Part shown: in pieces, positions 1 through 9,538 of the stretch
Layout of the letters: each line of letters starts with the position of its first letter
How positions within the stretch are numbered: position 1 is the first letter of the stretch
Assembly: GCA_963555995.3 (NCBI GenBank)
Contig: OY821641.1
Coordinates: forward strand, 2,336,001 to 2,400,000
Length of the DNA stretch: 64,000 nt
Direction of reading: 5' to 3'
Origin: Vicinamibacteria bacterium
GTDB taxonomy: Bacteria; Acidobacteriota; Vicinamibacteria; Marinacidobacterales; Marinacidobacteraceae
Notes under the pieces: generated by a model
Told to the model about the DNA's origin: nothing
Databases searched by the model: none
Seen by the model: the letters and a program-made list of their open reading frames with translations, nothing else
Translations under genes and position numbers: made by a program

Positions 1-2
1 CC

Positions 3-1058
3 GCTCATTCGAGCCAGCCGGTCCTCTTTCACGGCCTGGCGCTGGTGGTCGCGTCCTTCATCATCTTCCGCGGGGTCGCCGGCGGGATCGAGCGGGTGAA
101 CCGCTACCTGATCCCCACGCTCTTCATCCTGCTGGCGGTCGCGGCGGCGCGCGCGGTGATGCTCCCGGGCGCCGCCGAGGGGCTCCGCTTCCTGTTCGTG
201 CCCGACGTGGGCAACCTGAGCGACTACCGGCTCTGGCTCTCGGCGCTGACCCAGACCGCCTGGAGCACCGGCGCCGGCTGGGGGCTCATCACCGTGCTCG
301 GGGCCTACGTGGCCGAGGGTCAGGGGTTCGTCAAGACCGGCATCACCGCGGTGCTCGCGAACAACTTCGCCTCGCTGCTCGCCGGGGTGGCGGTGCTGTG
401 CACGGTGTTCGCGCTGAGCACCTCCGCCGCCGACACCGAGGCCGCTCTCGGCGCGAGCAACGAGGGGCTGACGTTCATTTGGCTGCCGCGCCTGTTCGCC
501 GACATGCCCGGAGGCGGCGTACTGCTGCCGCTCTTCTTCCTCACGCTCTGCTGCGCCGCCATCTCCTCGCTCATCACGCAGCTCGAACTCGTGAACCGGA
601 TGGTGATGGACCTGGGGGTCGAGCGCCGCCGTTCCGTGCCCATGGTGGCGGCGGTCGCGTTCGTGATGGGGCTGCCTTCCGCGTTCGCGCTCGGCTTCTT
701 CCGCAACCAGGACTGGGTGTGGGGCGTCGCGCTGATGGTTTCGGGGCTCTTCGTCGCGATCACCGTGATCCGCCGGGGAGCGCGCCGGTTCCGCGAGGAG
801 CACCTGCTGGGGCCGGAGGAGGAGTGGCGCGTCGGTCCCTGGTTCGAGCGGCTCATCACCTGGCTCATCCCCATCGAGTTCGTGGCGCTCGTGACCTGGT
901 GGATGTGGCAGGCGGCGTCCGTCGAGGGCGGCTGGGACCCGTTCGGCGAGTTCACCGCCGGGACGGTGGTCTTCCAGGTCGGCCTGCTGATCCTGCTCTG
1001 TCTGGTGATCAACCGTTTCGTGTGGAAGCGCGCGAGCGCCGCATCGAACCGCGATTGA
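3..1058 (+). CDS. Sodium-dependent transporter, SNF/NSS family (5'-truncated by window edge)
   Basis: Frame is open from the window start; multi-TM protein with NSS-type motifs GIERVNRYL, QTAWSTGAGWG, GLTFIWLPRLF, AAISSLIT. Confidence 0.85.
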   Translation, partial: AHSSQPVLFHGLALVVASFIIFRGVAGGIERVNRYLIPTLFILLAVAAARAVMLPGAAEGLRFLFVPDVGNLSDYRLWLSALTQTAWSTGAGWGLITVLGAYVAEGQGFVKTGITAVLANNFASLLAGVAVLCTVFALSTSAADTEAALGASNEGLTFIWLPRLFADMPGGGVLLPLFFLTLCCAAISSLITQLELVNRMVMDLGVERRRSVPMVAAVAFVMGLPSAFALGFFRNQDWVWGVALMVSGLFVAITVIRRGARRFREEHLLGPEEEWRVGPWFERLITWLIPIEFVALVTWWMWQAASVEGGWDPFGEFTAGTVVFQVGLLILLCLVINRFVWKRASAASNRD

Positions 1059-1077
1059 CCCGGGACCCGGCCCATCC

Positions 1078-2373
1078 ATGAGCGGGGAGTCGGGCGCCGT
1101 CCGGCTCAGCGCGTTCGACCGCGCGCTGCTGGCGGGCGAGGAGGGCGAAGCGCCGAAGCTGGCGATGCGCATCCTGGCGCGGATGGCGGAGGTCCGCGGC
1201 GCCGAGGCGATGCTGGACATCGAGGCCGCCCACATCGACAGCACGATCTACGTCGGGGACGCCGGGCTCGAGTTCGCGGAACGGCTCGCGGGACTGGGGG
1301 CGCGGGTGCGGGTTCCCTCCACCCTGAACGTGAGCGGCCTGGACGAATTCCACTGGCAGGAATGGTCGGTTCCCCCCGAGTGGGCGGAAAAGTCCGCCCG
1401 CCAGATGCGGGCCTACGACTCGATGGGGACGATCCCGACCTGGACCTGCGCGCCCTACCAGGGCCGGGCGACGCCCCGGTTCGGGCAGCAGATCGCCTGG
1501 GGCGAATCGAACGCCGTCGCCTTCGCCAACTCGGTCCTCGGAGCGCGCACCGAGCGCTATCCCGACCTTCTCGACATCTGCTGCGCGATCACCGGCCGGG
1601 CGCCCGCGGTGGGTCTCCACCTCGACGAGAACCGGTTGGCGACCCGCGTCCTGCGGCTCGTGGACGTTCCCGAGGAACTCGCCGCCGCGGACGACTTCTA
1701 TCCGGTCCTCGGGCACCTGCTGGGTCCCTTCGCCGAAGACGACCCGGTCGCGATCGCCGGGCTCCCCGTCGTCCCGGAGGAGGACCAGCTCAAGGCGCTC
1801 GGGGCGGCGGCGGCCTCGTCCGGCGCGGTCGCCCTCTTCCACATCCCCGGGGTGACCCCGGAGGCGCCCACCCTCGCGGACGCGCTCGGCGGCCGGGAAC
1901 CCGTTGCGGTGCTCGACGTCGGCCTCCCGGAACTGCGGGCGGCGCGCCGGGAGCTGACGACCCACGCCGAGGGCGCCCTGGACATGGTGGTGCTGGGGAG
2001 CCCGCACTTCTCGTTCGCCGAGTTCGGAAAGCTCGCCGCCGTGCTCCGGGAGCGGGGTCACGGACGCGCGTCGGCGGAGGTGGAGGGATGCGAACTGGTC
2101 GTCACCACGAGCCGCGCGGTGCGGGACCTCGCGGAGCGCGCCGGACTGCTGGAGCCGCTGCACGCCTTCGGGGGCCGGCTGATGGTGGACACCTGCGTGC
2201 TGGCGACCCCGATGGCGCCCGGGATCACTCGCCGGCTCATGACGAACTCCGCCAAGTACGCGTGGTACTCACCGGGCCTCCTGGGGGCGATGGTCGCCTT
2301 CGGCAGTCTGGCCGAGTGCGTGGAGTCGGCCCGCCGGGGACGGGTGGTCCGGGAGCCGGGTCCCTGGGACTGA
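1078..2373 (+). CDS. Aconitase X catalytic (large) subunit, DUF521
   Basis: Motifs AHIDS, WTCAPY, IAWGESNAVAFANSVLGART, GSPHFS, DTC, MTNSAKYAWY. Confidence 0.88.
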   Translation: MSGESGAVRLSAFDRALLAGEEGEAPKLAMRILARMAEVRGAEAMLDIEAAHIDSTIYVGDAGLEFAERLAGLGARVRVPSTLNVSGLDEFHWQEWSVPPEWAEKSARQMRAYDSMGTIPTWTCAPYQGRATPRFGQQIAWGESNAVAFANSVLGARTERYPDLLDICCAITGRAPAVGLHLDENRLATRVLRLVDVPEELAAADDFYPVLGHLLGPFAEDDPVAIAGLPVVPEEDQLKALGAAAASSGAVALFHIPGVTPEAPTLADALGGREPVAVLDVGLPELRAARRELTTHAEGALDMVVLGSPHFSFAEFGKLAAVLRERGHGRASAEVEGCELVVTTSRAVRDLAERAGLLEPLHAFGGRLMVDTCVLATPMAPGITRRLMTNSAKYAWYSPGLLGAMVAFGSLAECVESARRGRVVREPGPWD

Positions 2374-2378
2374 CAAGG

Positions 2379-2807
2379 GTGTCCGACGGCAGCGCACGCC
2401 TTGAGGGGCGGGTGGTCGTCGCCGGCAGCGCCTCGGGCGCCGTTCTCTACGCCACCCAGCCGCTGAGTTTCTGGGGCGGGTACGACGCGGCCTCGGGGCG
2501 GGTCACCGATACGCACCACCCGCTGGCGGGCGCCACGGCGGCGGGGACGGCGCTCGTCCTCCCCGCGACCCGCGGATCCTCGACGACCACGGCGGTTCTC
2601 CTGGAGGCGATCCGGCGGGAAACCGCCCCGGCGGTGCTGGTCACGCGGGGCGTGGATGCCTTCCTGGCCCTCGCCTGCGTGGTGGGCCAGGAGATGTACG
2701 GACGCTCGCCGGCGGTCGTCGCCGTGGACGACGCCGCGTTCGAGAGGCTGGCCGACTGGCCGCGGCTCGAACTACGGGACGGGACGCTGGTCCGCGTGGA
2801 CGGCTGA
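2379..2807 (+). CDS. Aconitase X swivel (small) subunit, DUF126
   Basis: GTG at 2379, just after the large-subunit stop; motifs PLSFWGGYD, HPLAG, RGSST. Confidence 0.85.
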   Translation: MSDGSARLEGRVVVAGSASGAVLYATQPLSFWGGYDAASGRVTDTHHPLAGATAAGTALVLPATRGSSTTTAVLLEAIRRETAPAVLVTRGVDAFLALACVVGQEMYGRSPAVVAVDDAAFERLADWPRLELRDGTLVRVDG

Positions 2808-2847
2808 TCCTGCGGCTGGCCGGTGGAGCGCGGCGGCCGAGAACCCG

Positions 2848-3081
2848 TCAGGCGCTCGGTTGGTGCGGCCCACCGGGCTCGGGAAGCCGGGCGGTGAGGA
2901 ACGGGAAGGCGCCTTCGAGGCGCGCCACGCGCTCCCCCAGGGAATGGATCGCGGCTTCGAGCCGATCCATCCGGGCGTCCATGCGGGCGGCGAGGGAGCG
3001 TTGGCCCGTCACGATGAGCGCGGCCAGGGACACCCCGACCGCGACGATGGCGATGACGTCAGGGCTCATGAGTTCTGCCAT
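2848..3081 (-). CDS. Small protein with an N-terminal TM helix and a coiled coil
   Basis: 77 aa; hydrophobic IAIVAVGVSLAALIV followed by heptad-like ARMDARMDRLE...ERVARLEG; TATAGT -10-like hexamer at 3110-3115 on the minus strand. Confidence 0.65.
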   Translation of the reverse strand: MAELMSPDVIAIVAVGVSLAALIVTGQRSLAARMDARMDRLEAAIHSLGERVARLEGAFPFLTARLPEPGGPHQPSA

Positions 3082-3171
3082 TGGCGCGGCGCGGACGGGA
3101 TGCCAGCGACTATAGCCGGGCCGCGAACGAGCGGCGGACCCACCCGCACGATATGTGACGCGCCCAGCCCG

Positions 3172-3801
3172 TCACATCGGCACCCAGCCGTCGCCGGCCC
3201 GGCGCTCCATGCGGATCCGCGAGCTGCCGCCGTGGATCACGATGGAGATCACGGCGCCCTCGCCGCTCACCGTGATCCGTCCGGAACCCGACCCGCCGAG
3301 CGGCGAAAAGGAGATCATTCCCGCGAGCCCGACATTGTGGCCGGGAATCGGATCCTCACCCGGTTCGTCGGCGGGCACGCCCCACCGGACGCCGGGAAAG
3401 CGCGCTCCGAACCGCCAGGGGTTCTCCAGCAGGCGCTCTTCACCGTTCGCGATCTCGGCCCGCCGGACGCCGTTGTGGTTCGTGTCGAGCACCAGGGCGA
3501 CCATCGGCGTACCGTCGGGTTCCGGAATCTCGATGCCCCGCTCGGCGAGCGGCGGATCGAAGACCACCGCGACGTTGGCGGCGCGGGACGCCGCCTCCGC
3601 GCGCGCCTTCTGGAGGAGCGAGCGCATGGCGAGGGCCGCCCCGCGGACGCGCTCGGCCCGCAGGTGCCCGGCGAGCGGTGGAATCGCCGTTCCGGCGAGC
3701 ACCATGAGCAGCGCCAGCGCGACGAGAAGTTCGGTCAGCGTAAAGCCCCGAACCCCGTCGCGCCGGCTCGTGACCGCCGGACGAATCCGGCCCCGGCTCA
3801 C
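3172..3801 (-). CDS. Type IV pilin-like/pseudopilin protein (FimT/GspH-like)
   Basis: Prepilin cleavage/methylation motif G|FTLTELLVALALL, then a LQKARAEAASR helix; GTG start overlaps the comEA stop (GTGA). Confidence 0.8.
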   Translation of the reverse strand: MSRGRIRPAVTSRRDGVRGFTLTELLVALALLMVLAGTAIPPLAGHLRAERVRGAALAMRSLLQKARAEAASRAANVAVVFDPPLAERGIEIPEPDGTPMVALVLDTNHNGVRRAEIANGEERLLENPWRFGARFPGVRWGVPADEPGEDPIPGHNVGLAGMISFSPLGGSGSGRITVSGEGAVISIVIHGGSSRIRMERRAGDGWVPM

Positions 3802-4136
3802 GCGTCCCGGGGCGGACCGGGCCGCTCGCGCCGACCGGACCGCTCGGGCTGAGCCGCCTCCTCGACGGTGACATGTTGCCGGATCTTCTCGTAGGTGTTC
3901 TCGCCGATGCCGGTGATGTTCATGAGCTCTTCGGTACTGGAGAACGGGCCGTTCTCCTCTCGCCACTCCACGATTCGGCCGGCGATCGTGGAGCCGATGC
4001 CGGACAACTCGGTGAGCTCCTCCACCGTGGCGGTATTGATGTTGATGGGTTCTTCCGGCTGGGCCGCCGACACCGCGAGCATCGCCGACGCGGCCACGGC
4101 CAACACGGCCAGGAACGGAACACGGAACTGGATCAT
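3798..4136 (-). CDS. comEA: ComEA-family helix-hairpin-helix DNA-binding protein
   Basis: Signal peptide, then ININTATVEELTELSGIG...A.RIV..RE.NGPF.S.EEL..I.GIG; GAGGAG SD upstream of ATG 4136. Confidence 0.85.
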   Translation of the reverse strand: MIQFRVPFLAVLAVAASAMLAVSAAQPEEPININTATVEELTELSGIGSTIAGRIVEWREENGPFSSTEELMNITGIGENTYEKIRQHVTVEEAAQPERSGRRERPGPPRDA

Positions 4137-4316
4137 GGGGTTCTCCTCGTGGTTGGAAAAACGGTTGGAGCCTTCCCTTCCGCAACTCCCGGGCCAGCGC
4201 GGTGCGCCCGCCGATCCGGTCGCCCGCTGGCGCCCGCGGGAGGTCACGCTGTACCGCTATCGCCCTTGAATCAATGGGATAGCATCCCCTGCGCGGACCC
4301 GCGCAGGAACCCCGCC

Positions 4317-4332
4317 GGCAACCTCCTTGCCC
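4317..4332 (-). promoter_or_regulatory. Putative sigma54 (-24/-12) promoter
   Basis: Minus strand GGGCAAGGAGGTTGCC fits GG-N10-GC and ends in TTGC; upstream of comEA-pilin. Confidence 0.4.
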
Positions 4333-4464
4333 GGAACCTCGATCGGAGAGCTCGAACGTCAACAGGCGTTGACGGCGAGCGTCAGCGAACGTTGTCGTCC
4401 GTCAAGATCGCTTTGCCGCCCGACGACCCGGGGGAGACACGAACCGCCGGGCCGCGCGGACGGA

Positions 4465-5904
4465 TCAGGAACCTTCGGCGCCGCCGGCGACGGTTCGGGT
4501 CACCGGGGTCCGCGCGGGAGGCCGCCGGCCGGGCCGCTCGAAGGCGCCCACGAGTTCATCGCGCCACGCCTCGAACACAACCAGATGCTCTTCCGGGATC
4601 GGGGGACCCGGGGGCAGGACGTGGGTGCGCGGGTTCAGGGGCTTCCCGTGGCGGTAGAGGCGGTAGTCGAGGTGGGGGCCGGTCGAGACCCCCGTGGAGC
4701 CGACGAATCCGATGACGTCCCGCTGGTTCACGCGGCGCCCGGGGCGGATCTCGGACGGAAAGCCTGACAGATGGAGGTACTTCGTCAGGTAGCCGCCCGC
4801 GTGGCGCAGGGTGACCATGATGCCGTTCGGGCCGCGCCGGCCGGCGTCCGTCACCACCCCGTCCGCGGTGGACCTGACCGGCGTGCCCAAGGGCGCCACG
4901 TAGTCCACCCCGTAGTGCGGCCGGTACACCCGGTGGATCGGGTGGAGCCTCCGGCTGGTGAAGACCCCCGAGATCCGCGTGTATTCCACCGGACTCATCA
5001 GGAAGGTGCGCTGGATGGAGTTTCCGCGGTAGTCGTAATAGCCGGACTCCCCGGTCGGCAGCTCGAAGCGGAACGCGTAGATGGGCCGGCCGGCATTGAT
5101 ATAGCGGACGGCGTGAAGCTCGCCGTAGCCCTTCCACTCGCCCGCTCCGTTGTAGAGCTTGTCCACGACGACCGAGTACACGTCGCCGACCCGCGTGTCG
5201 CGGTGGAAGTCAATGTCGTACTCGAGCGCCCTGGCGATCCGGCCCGCCAGATCAGCCCGTTCGCCCGCGTCCACCAGGCTCTGGTAGAGGCTGCTGTCCA
5301 CCTCTCCCTGAACCACCTCCCGGCGGTCGAGCGGCTCGGTGCTGGACTCGCGCGCATCCCAGTCCGGCCCCGTCCGGAAGACCGCCACCTCGCGGAAGTC
5401 GTCCAGCGGCAGCTCGATCCGGGCGAGGTCCCCGCGCTCGTCCCGGTGCAGCCAGACCGTCTGGCCGACCCGGAAGCGCCGGACGTCGGCGACCGTGGTC
5501 AAGGCCGCGCTGACCTCGCCCACTTCCGCGAAGGACAGGCCGTTGCGCACCAGCACGTCGGACAACGAGTCTCCCCGGACGAACCGGTCCGGAACCGAAA
5601 ACAGTCCCACCTCCGGCCCGTCGGGGACCGCGGCAACCGCGGCCGCCGGCATTCCGGGCGCCTCCGGCAGGGGGCCGTTCCACGACTTCAGGACGCCCAC
5701 GCCGAACAGGGCGGTCCCGGCAAGAAGACCGCCCGCGACCGCGGTCGCCGAGGCGAAATGGGGGCTCGGACCAGGCGCCGGTGGACCGGGTTCCGCGGCC
5801 TGCTCCTCCCGGTGGGGGCTCGAACGGCGGGGTTCCGGCCTCGTCGCCGGAGGCCCTCCCGGCCCCCACAGGGTGGGCTGCTCACGCTGCTTCGGATTGC
5901 TCAT
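4465..5904 (-). CDS. M23 family peptidoglycan DD-metalloendopeptidase (MepM-like)
   Basis: TM anchor, LysM/OapA-like region, HYGVD (HxxxD) and STGPHLDY motifs. Confidence 0.88.
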   Translation of the reverse strand: MSNPKQREQPTLWGPGGPPATRPEPRRSSPHREEQAAEPGPPAPGPSPHFASATAVAGGLLAGTALFGVGVLKSWNGPLPEAPGMPAAAVAAVPDGPEVGLFSVPDRFVRGDSLSDVLVRNGLSFAEVGEVSAALTTVADVRRFRVGQTVWLHRDERGDLARIELPLDDFREVAVFRTGPDWDARESSTEPLDRREVVQGEVDSSLYQSLVDAGERADLAGRIARALEYDIDFHRDTRVGDVYSVVVDKLYNGAGEWKGYGELHAVRYINAGRPIYAFRFELPTGESGYYDYRGNSIQRTFLMSPVEYTRISGVFTSRRLHPIHRVYRPHYGVDYVAPLGTPVRSTADGVVTDAGRRGPNGIMVTLRHAGGYLTKYLHLSGFPSEIRPGRRVNQRDVIGFVGSTGVSTGPHLDYRLYRHGKPLNPRTHVLPPGPPIPEEHLVVFEAWRDELVGAFERPGRRPPARTPVTRTVAGGAEGS

Positions 5905-6022
5905 CGCTGCGCCTCGACCGCAATGCGTCCCCACCGGGAGAACCGGCGATCCCGGGGTTCGCGCCCCCGGTTCCATGGACTTGTGGTCACGCCGGGAATT
6001 CTTGAGTATGCCACAGCCGCCG

Positions 6023-6982
<960 letters not shown>

Positions 6983-7088
6983 GCTGGAGCGCTGGTGGTT
7001 CTCCCGGTGGGAACGCTCACACCGGCCCGGTTGCTTTGAGAATGCAGCTTGGGCGAAAGCTCAACCAGCGTCGGTTGCGCCGTCGGCT

Positions 7089-7142
7089 GGGAGCGCCGGT
7101 CTTCAGACCGGCACGCGATGCGCGACAGCGCAGCGCACGGCA
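7089..7142 (+). repeat. REP-like composite hairpin repeat
   Basis: GGGAGCGCCGGTCTTCAGACCGGCACGCG...GCGCACGGC, matching copies at 32526, 52485, 52868 and 59931. Confidence 0.7.
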
Positions 7143-7401
7143 CGACACTCACCGGCGCGGTGGCGCCCTGCTCCCGGTTCATCAGCGCACGCAGCGATCG
7201 GAGCGCCAGCCTCCGGCTGGCATCGCGCGGGAGCGCGAAACCCACCCTGATGGCGCTCCTCCTCATGAAAGCGGGGCCCACGTTGGGCTTTCTTCAGGAG
7301 ACGTGGCGGCGGTCCTGGTTGGGGTCACGCCACGGGAATCGGCTGAGGCGCGCGTTTCGCGGCCGGTGGCCGCGATGCCGGCCGGAGGCCGGCGCTCCGG
7401 G

Positions 7402-7779
7402 GGTCCGAGCCGCTCGTAAGCCGAGTTCTGTTCCCCGGCGCGGTCGCCCGCGGCGGGGTGACGGTCATGCATCTAGCCCGGCGGTTGCCCGACGGGTCGA
7501 GCGACCTACCCGGAAGCTCGGACAGGCGGCCCTCGGGCGCTTCCCTATTTGGTCTTGCTCCATGCGGGGTTTACCGTGCCCCGGACATCACTGCCCGGGC
7601 GGTGCGCTCTTACCGCACCTTTTCACCCTTACCGCTCCCCGGAGGGAGAGGCGGTCTGTTTTCTGTGGCACTTTCCTTCCGGTCACCCGGACTGGGCGTT
7701 ACCCAGCGCACTGCCTTCTGGAGTTCGGACTTTCCTCCCGCTCCCGGAGGAGCCGGCGACCGTCTGAACGACTCGAACC
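7402..7779 (-). ncRNA. rnpB: RNase P RNA (bacterial type A)
   Basis: Minus strand has GAGGAAAGTCCGAACTCC, GGAAAGTGCCACAGAAAACAGACCGC and AACAGAACTCGGCTTA; termini GGTTCGAGTCGTTC / GAGCGGCTCGGACC pair (P1); TAGAAT -10 at 7787-7792. Confidence 0.95.
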
Positions 7780-7789
7780 GCCCCGGATT

Positions 7790-7858
7790 CTAGCGGCCCG
7801 GTTCAGCCGGGATGCATCGTCCGTCGAACGACGCGTGGGTTTTGCCGCGGGCTGCTAG
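7790..7858. mobile_element. Internally deleted mini-copy of the CTAG-bounded MITE-like element
   Basis: Ends CTAGCGGCCCG / CGGGCTGCTAG form an inverted repeat; the body matches the right end of the 47395-47581 copy. Confidence 0.7.
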
Positions 7859-9054
7859 AGGTGCTCCCGCACGTCCGCTTCGCCGATCTCCTCCCCCGGA
7901 CTCAGGATCAGGATCCGCTCCACGAGGTTGCGCAGTTCGCGCACGTTGCCGGGAAACGGCTGCCGGGCGAGGAGCGCGAGCGCGTCCTCGCTGAACGCGC
8001 GGGGCTGTCCTCCCGCCTCGAGCTGCTCCACGAAGTGGGCCACCAGTAGCGGCACGTCCCCGGAACGGTCCCGCAGGGGTGGCATCTCGATCGGGATCAC
8101 GTTCAGCCGGTGGAGAAGGTCGCTGCGGAAGCCCTCCTGCTCGAGGTCCTGGTTCGTGGCCGAGAGCACGCGGACGTCCACCTCGACCGACTTGGAGCCG
8201 CCGACCCGGGTGATGCGGTTCTCCTCGAGGGCGCGCAGCACCTTGGCCTGCGTCCGGGCGCTCATGTCCCCGACCTCGTCGAGGAAGAGCGTGCCCCCGT
8301 CGGCCTGCTCGAACTTGCCGACCATCTGGCGATGCGCCCCCGTGTAGGAGCCGCGTTCGGCGCCGAACAGCTCGCTCTCGATGAGCTCCTCGGGGATCGC
8401 CGCGCAGTTGACCTCGATGAACGGTCCGGAGGCCCGGCGGCTGGCCTGGTGGATCAACCGGGCGGCCACTTCCTTGCCGGTCCCGGACTCGCCGGTGATG
8501 AGCACCCGGACGTCGCTGGGCGCGACGCGCTCGATGCGCTCCCGCACGACGGCGAGGGCCGGTGATTCACCCACCAGTCGCCGGCCGCTCCCCGCGCGGC
8601 TGCGGTGCGTTTCCACCTCGGCGGCCAGGCGGCGGTTCTCGTTCTCGAGCCGCTTCCGTTCGAGCGTCCGCGTCTTGTCGATCGCCATGCGGAGACAGGC
8701 GCCGATGTCCCCTCCCCCGCCTTTTTCCAGAAAGTGCGCCGCCCCCTCCTGGATCGCCCGCACCGCGGTCTCGATGTCCCCGTGGCCGGTGTGCATCACG
8801 ACCGCCACCGAGGGCTTCTCGGCGCGGATGCGCCGGAGGACCTCCATCCCGTCCATGCCCGGCATCTTGATGTCCAGCACGACCAGATCGCAGGGATTGC
8901 GTTCCAGCGCCGCGAGGGCGTCCGGACCCGACGCCGCTTCGAAGACCGTCCAGCCCTCGTAGCGGAGCCGGCGGCGGAGCGACCGCCGGATGACCGCCTC
9001 GTCGTCAACGACGAGTACCGCGATGTCCTCGGCGCCGGACGCGGGAAGTGGCAT
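7855..9054 (-). CDS. Sigma54-dependent response regulator (NtrC/NtrX-like), no C-terminal HTH
   Basis: REC domain (VVDDE, LDIKMP), AAA+ GESGTGKE, ELFGAERGSYTGA, LFLDEV, FPGNVREL; ORF ends about 25 aa after PGNVREL. Confidence 0.88.
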   Translation of the reverse strand: MPLPASGAEDIAVLVVDDEAVIRRSLRRRLRYEGWTVFEAASGPDALAALERNPCDLVVLDIKMPGMDGMEVLRRIRAEKPSVAVVMHTGHGDIETAVRAIQEGAAHFLEKGGGGDIGACLRMAIDKTRTLERKRLENENRRLAAEVETHRSRAGSGRRLVGESPALAVVRERIERVAPSDVRVLITGESGTGKEVAARLIHQASRRASGPFIEVNCAAIPEELIESELFGAERGSYTGAHRQMVGKFEQADGGTLFLDEVGDMSARTQAKVLRALEENRITRVGGSKSVEVDVRVLSATNQDLEQEGFRSDLLHRLNVIPIEMPPLRDRSGDVPLLVAHFVEQLEAGGQPRAFSEDALALLARQPFPGNVRELRNLVERILILSPGEEIGEADVREHL

Positions 9055-9064
9055 ACGGCTGATG

Positions 9065-9538
9065 TTAGCCGCCCAACCCGGCGTGGACCCGCAGTCCCTC
9101 GAACCGTTCCGCCAGTGCCGCGGCCGCTTCCCCGCCGCCGGTCCGTTCCATGCCGGAGCGCGCGGCGTCCAGCAGCTTCCGGCATCCCCGAAGCCCCCCG
9201 AGTTCCTGCTTGAGCGCCGCGGCGGCGAGCTGGATGAACGCCCGCAGCGCCTCCCGCTCGGGCGCCTCCCCGTCCTCTCCCCGAGGCGCCGCCCGCCACA
9301 GCTCCTCCCACACCGCGTGGGCCTCCCACCAGTAGCGGGCGCGGAACAGCGCTTCGCCGTAGCGGAACAGCCGGGCGTCCGGGAGGGCGGCCAGCGGGAC
9401 CGGCGCCGCGGGGAGGAGGCCCGGCGGAAGCCGCTCGAAGAAGCGGTGTCCCGCGGGGTCCCGCTCCGGATGGGGCGTCCGTCCGGGGCGGTGCCGGTAC
9501 GGCGGAAAGGGGAGGTCCGACGTGTCCGGCGGTTTCAA
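9065..9538 (-). CDS. DUF309 family protein
   Basis: LF...YWWEAHAVWEELW...IQLAAA signature; overlaps the upstream gene's stop. Confidence 0.75.
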   Translation of the reverse strand: MKPPDTSDLPFPPYRHRPGRTPHPERDPAGHRFFERLPPGLLPAAPVPLAALPDARLFRYGEALFRARYWWEAHAVWEELWRAAPRGEDGEAPEREALRAFIQLAAAALKQELGGLRGCRKLLDAARSGMERTGGGEAAAALAERFEGLRVHAGLGG

